46,040 nucleotides of DNA from Pseudomonadota bacterium (lineage in GTDB: Bacteria; Bdellovibrionota_F; JAHFAK01; JBDREC01), in NCBI GenBank assembly GCA_043820105.1, contig JBDREC010000015.1, forward strand, positions 1-46,040. The letters run 5' to 3'. Positions 28,063 to 35,188 of this stretch are shown here, in pieces. Position numbers and translations under genes: made by a program. Under the pieces are notes generated by a model, which was not told where the DNA came from, ran no database searches, and saw only the letters and a list, made by a program, of their open reading frames with translations. How positions within the stretch are numbered: the first letter of the stretch is position 1; each line of letters opens with the position of its first letter.

Positions 28063-28488
28063 TTATATTCCTTCAGCTCTGTTCTTAAATGCTTCTAAGG
28101 TTTCTGGAAGGTTTTTGCTTGCTAGCATTTCAGATATTTTTTTAGGAACTAATAACCCAAAATTCAATTCAATGGAATATGTAGCCTCACATTTATCTTT
28201 GCTGATTTCTTTTAGATCCCACCCACCATTATTAAGCTTCATTAAGTCGCCTTTTACTAAGGTCCAGCTAACTTTATAGTTAGGCTTTTCTGTTAGTTCA
28301 AGTGTATAGTTAATTTTCTTTATTAAGTTTAAGGAAAAGGTAACTACTTTTTTGTTTTTCTGACTCTTTTCAATGACAACCTTATCAACAAAAGGTACAA
28401 ATTCAGAATATTTTTCATAATCAATAATAATATTAAAAAGTTTTTCCATTGAAACATTTATCGTTTCTTTTTTCTTGGCTTTGCCCAT
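28063..28488 (-). CDS. SRPBCC/START-domain (RatA/Coq10/cyclase-like) protein
   Basis: IIDYEKYSEFVP, VSWTLVKG, NNGGW, FKNRAE. Confidence 0.85.
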   Translation of the reverse strand: MGKAKKKETINVSMEKLFNIIIDYEKYSEFVPFVDKVVIEKSQKNKKVVTFSLNLIKKINYTLELTEKPNYKVSWTLVKGDLMKLNNGGWDLKEISKDKCEATYSIELNFGLLVPKKISEMLASKNLPETLEAFKNRAEGI

Positions 28489-28631
28489 ATACTTTCCTAG
28501 ATACTATTTAAATTTACATGTTTTTTTATTCTATTGAAACTTAATTGTCAAATTGACTTAATTTGTATTTGGAAATAGGGTTTTATAAAGAGTGAAGATT
28601 GGACAGAAATTTAATGTATGGAGGTTTTTTA

Positions 28632-29099
28632 TTGAAAGTTTTAGTGTTAACGGTTTCTGATAGGGCATTTATTGGAGAATATGAAGATAAATCAGGGCCT
28701 GTTATAAAGGATATAATACTTGAGAAATATAAAGAGGCTTCTGTTACAAACATAGTTATTCCAGATGAAGAGGAAGCCATATTGAAATTGCTGGAAAATC
28801 CTAAGGATTTTGATTTTATAATTACAACTGGTGGAACAGGATTAGGTCCACGAGATCTCACTCCTGAGCTAACTGAAAAAGTTTGCGATAAAGCTTTACC
28901 TGGAATAGCTGAAGCATTAAGATATGAATCCTACAAGGAAACACCAAATGCAATGTTATCAAGATCTTTTGCTGGCTTGAAAAATAAAACAATAATTGTA
29001 AATTTCCCTGGTTCAGTAAAAGCAGCTATATGTTGCACAAAAACACTTTTGCCTATTTTGGAACATGGACCTAGGATGATTAGAGGGGACGGGCATTGA
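28632..29099 (+). CDS. mogA: Molybdopterin adenylyltransferase MogA/MoaB family
   Basis: TTG at 28632 after GGAGG; TVSDR, EDKSG, IPDE, TTGGTG, RDLTPE, SR, NFPGS. Confidence 0.9.
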   Translation: MKVLVLTVSDRAFIGEYEDKSGPVIKDIILEKYKEASVTNIVIPDEEEAILKLLENPKDFDFIITTGGTGLGPRDLTPELTEKVCDKALPGIAEALRYESYKETPNAMLSRSFAGLKNKTIIVNFPGSVKAAICCTKTLLPILEHGPRMIRGDGH

Positions 29100-29938
29100 A
29101 GATAAGTGGTAAGTGGTATGTGGTAAGTGGTAAGTTTGTTTTATGGGGGCTTTTGGGTATTTTGTTGTTTTTTAGTAATGTCGTTTTTTCAACTGAGCGT
29201 CTCAAAATTGCTACAACTACCTCGCTTGATAACTCTGGGCTTTTGGAAAAGCTTATTAAACCTTTTGAAAAGGAAAATAATATAAAGATTTATGTTATTG
29301 CTGTAGGCACTGGAAAAGCCATAAAACTTGCTGAAAATGGGGATGTGGATCTTATAATGACTCATGCAAAGGAGGCTGAACTTAAGTTTATTAAAGAAGG
29401 TTATGGTGTGGAAAGAAAGGAATTTGCATATAATGACTTTGTAATCCTTGGACCCCCAAATGATCCTTCAATAATAAAAGGTTTAAATTCTGTTGATGCT
29501 TTTAGAAAAATATCAAGAGGGGGCAATATTTTCATTTCCAGAGGAGATGACTCAGGGACTCATAAAAAAGAACTAAAAATATGGGAAAATATAAAAATTA
29601 AACCAAAAGGAAAATGGTATCTTGAAGTGGGGCAGGGAATGGGAGCGTCCTTGCAAATTGCTGATCAGAAAGAAGCCTACATTTTATGTGATCGTGGAAC
29701 ATTTCTAGCTTATAAAGGAAAAATAAAGCTTGAAATTTTAGTTGAAGATTTTGTTAATTTGAAAAATCAATATTCAATTACAGCAGTAAATCCTAAGAAG
29801 CATAAACATGTAAATGCAAACCTGGTAAAAAAATTTATCGAATTTGTTACTGGAAATATTGGACAAAAAATTATTCAAGAATTTAAAATTAATAATCAAA
29901 ATTTATTTGTGCCTAATGCAATTGCTATTAGTGAATAA
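29096..29938 (+). CDS. tupA: Tungstate ABC transporter substrate-binding protein
   Basis: ATTTS motif, SGLL, VGTGKA, GDVD..MTHA, SRGDDSGTH, GQGMG, DRGT. Confidence 0.93.
   Translation: MKISGKWYVVSGKFVLWGLLGILLFFSNVVFSTERLKIATTTSLDNSGLLEKLIKPFEKENNIKIYVIAVGTGKAIKLAENGDVDLIMTHAKEAELKFIKEGYGVERKEFAYNDFVILGPPNDPSIIKGLNSVDAFRKISRGGNIFISRGDDSGTHKKELKIWENIKIKPKGKWYLEVGQGMGASLQIADQKEAYILCDRGTFLAYKGKIKLEILVEDFVNLKNQYSITAVNPKKHKHVNANLVKKFIEFVTGNIGQKIIQEFKINNQNLFVPNAIAISE
29103..29135. repeat. Heptamer array (TAAGTGG) x4.7 inside the tupA signal-peptide coding region
   Basis: Read directly; encodes SGKWYVVSGK. Confidence 0.9.
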
Positions 29939-29954
29939 TTAAACTAATTTTTGT

Positions 29955-31283
29955 TTAATAGATATTTCCAAACCTTGGATTAACAACATTATTATGAGGT
30001 GATCCAAAACTAAATGTGATATTTAAATATGCAGCTGCTTCCCATGTTGTTGCAGCTTCTCTTTCATCTAAAAGCATTTCAGTTGATGTAATATCACCCA
30101 TTGGTAAATTAAGTTGATCATGGACTGCTGATACTGATCCAGATAAACCAAAAGTTAAACCTTTTGCAACATTTATATCCAAGGAAGGATAGGCAGAAAG
30201 TCTATATTTAGAAAAATCATGAAAGTAATTAGATCCAACTAAGGATAAGCTTATGGTTCCCCATTTTTCAATAATTGATAAGCTAATTGTTAAGCTTTCT
30301 TTTAATAAAAATTCTTCTTTTTTATAATATAAGGTTTCTTCTATATAATTATTGTAAGTAGCCATTATAGAATATAAAAATGTAAACTGTCTTCTATTTG
30401 CTTCTGAATATGGGAAAACATTAAATTCTACTGCTGGTCCAACATTGGCAGTGACATTGTAATTTGAATAAGTTGAGGATTGGACATAATTCATTTGTCC
30501 AACGGCCCATCTTTTTCCAACACTCCATACCATTAGGTTGAAGTAAGAGGCAGCTAGATATTCACTTTCTACTTGTTCATCATTCTCTCCAGTTATACTT
30601 TTTGAAACATTTCCAGAGACAATAAAGTTAGTCTTGAGTTTTTCTGTAATTCTTTGAGCTTGGGCACTTCCCTTGAAATAAAATGATTTTCTTATTTGTT
30701 CAGCTGAAAAATTACCACTTAAGCCGATGCTAAAAACCCAAGAATCCCATTTGTCATCAAGTTCATTACTTAATTCTGGAAGATTGTAAGATCCAGTTAT
30801 GTATTCGCTTAATGAAGTTCTCATGGCGTATGGGATTAAACCTAATTTTAATTTTTCTACTAATCCGGATCTAATTTTTTCATCACTAGCATCTGATGGT
30901 ATGAAATAATTTATTGGAAAGTTATCACCATTGAAATTATCTTGTCCTATGAATTCTATGCTCATTTGAGTTCCCGAACCGCATTCTTGTGATGTTACAA
31001 GAATATAGATATTTGCATCTTGTCTATTTCTTACATAACTAACAAAATCAATTTGTTCTCTTATATAATCAAAGTCACAAGTTGAGCAATCAAGAAATAC
31101 AGACAACTCATCTAGGCTGAATTTGATTTCTTCTAAAGGTGATTTGTCTACTAAATCATCAACTGTTAATGCTTCTGTATCTTCACCTATTGGCAGATCT
31201 TCAGAAGATTCTATTTGATCTTGTGCGCATAATTGAATTGAAAAAATAATGATAAAAAGAATTAAAAGTTTTGAAATATTCAT
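29955..31283 (-). CDS. Putative outer-membrane beta-barrel protein with N-terminal CxxC domain
   Basis: Signal peptide; FLDCSTCDFDYIR; alternating beta-strand pattern; C-terminal FSFGS..NNVVNPRF; GGGAGG RBS. Confidence 0.75.
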   Translation of the reverse strand: MNISKLLILFIIIFSIQLCAQDQIESSEDLPIGEDTEALTVDDLVDKSPLEEIKFSLDELSVFLDCSTCDFDYIREQIDFVSYVRNRQDANIYILVTSQECGSGTQMSIEFIGQDNFNGDNFPINYFIPSDASDEKIRSGLVEKLKLGLIPYAMRTSLSEYITGSYNLPELSNELDDKWDSWVFSIGLSGNFSAEQIRKSFYFKGSAQAQRITEKLKTNFIVSGNVSKSITGENDEQVESEYLAASYFNLMVWSVGKRWAVGQMNYVQSSTYSNYNVTANVGPAVEFNVFPYSEANRRQFTFLYSIMATYNNYIEETLYYKKEEFLLKESLTISLSIIEKWGTISLSLVGSNYFHDFSKYRLSAYPSLDINVAKGLTFGLSGSVSAVHDQLNLPMGDITSTEMLLDEREAATTWEAAAYLNITFSFGSPHNNVVNPRFGNIY

Positions 31284-31334
31284 TCTGGCATCCTCCCATG
31301 CTATTCCTGCTCTCCCAAATAATATTTATCTTAT

Positions 31335-31351
31335 TGCAATAAGTATGCCAA
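31335..31351 (-). promoter_or_regulatory. Sigma-54 promoter (consensus)
   Basis: Minus strand TTGGCAT-ACTTA-TTGCA, about 50 bp upstream of ATG 31283. Confidence 0.8.
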
Positions 31352-31462
31352 TGGTCTACAATAAAATATTCAAACAATATAGGTGGTTATGATTGTTGAG
31401 GTTTTGTTTTAGGGCATAAATTATTTTTTTATTTGATAAAAAGAGATATGAATGTCACATAG

Positions 31463-32953
31463 TTAGGTTTTTGACTTAATTAAATTGGGAAGTTTATATT
31501 GGATAAAATAATCAAGATACATGTCTAATAATTTTATTTTTAGTTTTTTATCACAAGACGGATTAAAAATATCTTGATCTCTCCAAATTATTTCTGTTGG
31601 ACAACCACCACCACATAAAGGGCCAAGATTACAATCTAGGCATTCTTTTATATTGGTAATTGTCCTCTTGGACCATTTTTCAATTTCATCTTCAAATAGA
31701 GTAAAAGAATTATTAGAATATTTTCCAATTGCATATTTTTTGTTTCCAATTAAATTTTCACAATTATATAAATATCCATCAGGGTGATAAACTATTTTTG
31801 TTGAATCCATTGCAGAGTGGCAATAGATAACCATTGGTCCATGAAGGTCCTTTCTAGTTATAATACCGGGCATATCGAAGTTGAACAAAGTGGAAAGATA
31901 TGAGGCTTCTGATGAAACTATATTTGTATAAAACTTTTTATTGTTTAATTCAGGATCAGGAACTATTTTTGAATTGTATAACTTAATAATTTCAAAGATA
32001 TCCGGGATGTTTGTAATTTTTAAATTTTTGTCAAAACTTTCAAGTAATGCTGATAGTTGAAAGGTTATTTTTTTATTTTTATGCCATTTCTTTTCTTTAA
32101 TAAAACTTATAACCTCATCATATATATTAATAATATCTTTATCTATATTGTGTCTTATAGTGAGGTTTGATTGAGGTAGTTTTACAAATTCATCTATCCC
32201 ACTTACTATTTTATCAAATGAAGGTTTTCCACCGGTGTAGATTCTTTTAACATTATGTGTCGAGGCTATGCCATCAAGAGAAACTTGTAAATAGAGATTA
32301 ATATCAGGATATTCTTTGAAAAGTGGAATATAATCTATTAGATCATATCCATTTGAGTTGAATGCAAAAGTAAGCTTTTCCTCCCTGGCAAATTTGAAAT
32401 ACTTTTCAATTATTCGAATATTTTTTAATTGTAAAGGCTCTCCACCAAAAAATCTTATAAGTCTGTTATTACTTTCTTGAAATCTTTTTTTCATTATTTG
32501 AATAGAAGTTTCTACTTGGTCATCGGATAATTTTTGATGGTTCTTTCTATAAGATAACATTTCAAAACAATATGTACATCTAAAATTACATCCCCCAGTC
32601 GGAATAATAAAATTTAACAATTCAACGGGTCTTTTACGATAAAAATCCATTAGTTCAATGAATGAAGATTTTTCATCAGACTGGCTATAGAATAAATAGC
32701 CTCTTTTCACAAGACTTTTATATAGATTTCTAGGAAGTGCTTTAATGTTTCTGTTTTTAGTGGCTGTTTCGATTTGTTTCCATTCTTTTTTAGTAAAAAG
32801 GTCGATGGCACCACTAAATGTGTTTATTATTAACAAGTTAATAGGATCTGCTTTTTTTTTAATTAACCTTTTGGTTAGAAAATATCTGTTTTCATCATTC
32901 TTAGTAAATCCAACCCCAGTCCATAACTTATTATTATTTATAATTGGAATCAT
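31463..32953 (-). CDS. Radical SAM/SPASM-domain protein, putative peptide maturase
   Basis: CNFRCTYC (CxxxCxxC), FFGGEP, QVSLDG; SPASM Cx14Gx4C ... Cx2Cx5Cx3Cx15C; ~110-aa N-terminal extension. Confidence 0.93.
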   Translation of the reverse strand: MIPIINNNKLWTGVGFTKNDENRYFLTKRLIKKKADPINLLIINTFSGAIDLFTKKEWKQIETATKNRNIKALPRNLYKSLVKRGYLFYSQSDEKSSFIELMDFYRKRPVELLNFIIPTGGCNFRCTYCFEMLSYRKNHQKLSDDQVETSIQIMKKRFQESNNRLIRFFGGEPLQLKNIRIIEKYFKFAREEKLTFAFNSNGYDLIDYIPLFKEYPDINLYLQVSLDGIASTHNVKRIYTGGKPSFDKIVSGIDEFVKLPQSNLTIRHNIDKDIINIYDEVISFIKEKKWHKNKKITFQLSALLESFDKNLKITNIPDIFEIIKLYNSKIVPDPELNNKKFYTNIVSSEASYLSTLFNFDMPGIITRKDLHGPMVIYCHSAMDSTKIVYHPDGYLYNCENLIGNKKYAIGKYSNNSFTLFEDEIEKWSKRTITNIKECLDCNLGPLCGGGCPTEIIWRDQDIFNPSCDKKLKIKLLDMYLDYFIQYKLPNLIKSKT

Positions 32954-33033
32954 ATTAAATGTTACACTTTCCTTTATTAAAGTAAATTTTAGATTTTGAA
33001 CTTATCTCCAGGAGGCAAGGTTTTTTTGCTGTG

Positions 33034-33162
33034 TTAACAACAAGAGTGTCCAGCAGGGCATTCCGTTTTATCTTGTTTAGCAGATGCGGAACCCACTTTT
33101 GCTTTGGCTCTAGTTCTTTGATTAGGTTTTAGCTCTGTTTTGCTTGTTTTTCTTTTTGCCAT
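33034..33162 (-). CDS. Unannotated 42-aa putative RiPP precursor peptide
   Basis: Manual translation: MAKRKTSKTELKPNQRTRAKAKVGSASAKQDKTECPAGHSCC*; GGAGA RBS; ends 80 bp upstream of the rSAM gene on the same strand. Confidence 0.75.
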   Translation of the reverse strand: MAKRKTSKTELKPNQRTRAKAKVGSASAKQDKTECPAGHSCC

Positions 33163-33345
33163 GTTATTTCTCCATTTTAAAAAATAAATAAAATTAATAT
33201 ATTGCATCATTATAGCATAATTAGGAAGTATATGTAAAGAAAATTTGTTTGTTTTTTAATATATTAAATTTTGCATTATTTGTTGCAATTGCTAAACATT
33301 AGTGATTTAAGGATGTTTTTAATTTAATTTACATATATTCTACTT

Positions 33346-34041
33346 ATGAATTTTATCTTAGATGGACTTTTATCTGCAATAAAATTGCTAATTAGTTTTG
33401 ACAAAGAAGTATATTCTATTGCCTTTGTTTCTGTGAAAATAACCATAATTTCTACATTTATAGCTACAATCATTGGTCTTATTGTTGGATTTTTACTGGG
33501 CTTAAATAAATTCAAATACAAGAGCCTTATTGTTATTTTTCTCAATACTCTATTGGCTATTCCAACTGTCTTAATTGGTTTATTGGTATATGCCTTCATT
33601 TCCAGACAAGGTATTTTGGGACGATTTGATCTTCTTTATTCTCAATGGGCCATCATCATTGGTCAATCAATTTTGGCTTTTCCAATAATTGCATCTTTAT
33701 CTTTGGCAGCCCTTGAAAGCTTGGATAAAAGAGTTAAAAACACGCTTCTTACTTTGGGTGCAAGTAGAGTGAAGATGATATATTTTATTTTTATCGAGGG
33801 TAGATATGCATTATTAGCAAGCATCATTGCTGGATTTGGAAGGGTTTTTGCAGAAGTAGGCATTTCAATGATGCTAGGAGGGAATATAAATGGAGTAACA
33901 AGAACTATTACAACGGCAATAGCTTTTGAAACCGGTAAAGGAGAATTTGCCCTGGGTGTTGCACTTGGTTTGATTTTACTATTTATTTCCTTAATAATAA
34001 ATATGGGATTTCATTTTATTCAAAGAAGGAAGTTTGCATAA
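33346..34041 (+). CDS. tupB: Tungstate ABC transporter permease
   Basis: NTLLAIPTVLIGL, IIGQSILAFPII, AGFGRVFAEVG, GGNI, TRTITTAIAFET.KG. Confidence 0.92.
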   Translation: MNFILDGLLSAIKLLISFDKEVYSIAFVSVKITIISTFIATIIGLIVGFLLGLNKFKYKSLIVIFLNTLLAIPTVLIGLLVYAFISRQGILGRFDLLYSQWAIIIGQSILAFPIIASLSLAALESLDKRVKNTLLTLGASRVKMIYFIFIEGRYALLASIIAGFGRVFAEVGISMMLGGNINGVTRTITTAIAFETGKGEFALGVALGLILLFISLIINMGFHFIQRRKFA

Positions 34042-34044
34042 AAA

Positions 34045-35043
34045 ATGATTAAACTTATAGATTTAAAAAAAACATACTCAGACTTTGTGCTTGATATCCC
34101 TTTGTTAAAACTTGAAAAGGCAAAAGTTTATGCTTTGCTTGGTCATAATGGATCTGGTAAATCAACCTTACTTAAGTTAATTGCTTTACTTGAAAATAAA
34201 GATCAGGGGGATATTTATTATCAGGAAAATAAGCTTAATAAAGAATCATATTTTGAGACTAGGAAAAAAATTCATATTGTAGCTGAAGATCCTTTCTTAT
34301 TTTCTACTTCTGTATATAAGAATTTATCAGCAGGTCTTTGGTGTCATCGAATTGAAAAGAAAATATGGAAAAATGAAATCAACAAGGTTCTAAAGATTGT
34401 TAAACTTGAGGACTTTGAAAAAAGAAATGCTAATACTTTATCCCGTGGAGAAAGACAGAGAATTGCTATTGCCAGAGCTTTGCTTCTAGAACCAGAGGTT
34501 TTGCTCCTTGATGAACCATTTGCGAATATTGATAAAAACAGTATGCATTCTCTTGGTGTTTTAATTGAGGATTTAAAAAACACTTATAATATGTGCATTG
34601 TCTTTTCAACTCATGATTTTATTCAAGCTCACTGTCTGGCTGATAATATATTTACCATGGTTAATGGCAAAATATTTGATTCAGATCCTGAAAACATTTT
34701 TCATGGACTTAGTATGCAAGAAAATGGAAAAAAGATTTTTAGGATAGGGGAATTGTCTTATATAGATTTAGGAAATAAGAATGTAAACTCATCCTTAGTT
34801 TCCCTATATCCTGAAAAAATATATATAAATAATAAGGATGAAAATAGAATTTTCGATAACCAATTTGTAGGTATAATTGAAAAAATACAGCTTGAACATG
34901 AAAAAGCCAGATTAACGCTTAATATTAACCAGGATTTCAGACTAATTTCAATCATGAAAATCTCTGAATATGAGAAACTATCCCTAAAACCAAATCTAAC
35001 AGTAGACATTTCCTTTTCATCAAAAGATGTAAAAATATTATAA
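34045..35043 (+). CDS. tupC: Tungstate ABC transporter ATPase with TOBE-like C-terminus
   Basis: Walker A GHNGSGKST, LSRGERQR, LLLDEP, STH; follows tupB. Confidence 0.85.
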   Translation: MIKLIDLKKTYSDFVLDIPLLKLEKAKVYALLGHNGSGKSTLLKLIALLENKDQGDIYYQENKLNKESYFETRKKIHIVAEDPFLFSTSVYKNLSAGLWCHRIEKKIWKNEINKVLKIVKLEDFEKRNANTLSRGERQRIAIARALLLEPEVLLLDEPFANIDKNSMHSLGVLIEDLKNTYNMCIVFSTHDFIQAHCLADNIFTMVNGKIFDSDPENIFHGLSMQENGKKIFRIGELSYIDLGNKNVNSSLVSLYPEKIYINNKDENRIFDNQFVGIIEKIQLEHEKARLTLNINQDFRLISIMKISEYEKLSLKPNLTVDISFSSKDVKIL

Positions 35044-35082
35044 AAATAGTACTTGCACTTTGCTACCAGTGACTCTTGAAAG

Positions 35083-35115
35083 ACTTACCACTTACGACTT
35101 ATAACTTACCACTTA
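35083..35115. repeat. Heptamer array (ACTTACC and variants) x4.7, reverse complement of the TAAGTGG arrays
   Basis: Read directly. Confidence 0.85.
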
Positions 35116-35120
35116 TTCCC

Positions 35121-35149
35121 TTGCATCACAATTTTTTCTAAATTATAAT
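35121..35149 (+). promoter_or_regulatory. Sigma-70-type promoter for glgP
   Basis: TTGCAT-17 bp-TATAAT. Confidence 0.6.
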
Positions 35150-35188
35150 CTCGCACTAATTTTTAATAAATTAAAAGGGTGACTAAAA

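Noticed and set aside
32998-33030. Hairpin between the precursor ORF and the rSAM gene
   Set aside because: The stem is short and mismatched with a 3-nt loop; too weak to call a terminator or stabiliser.
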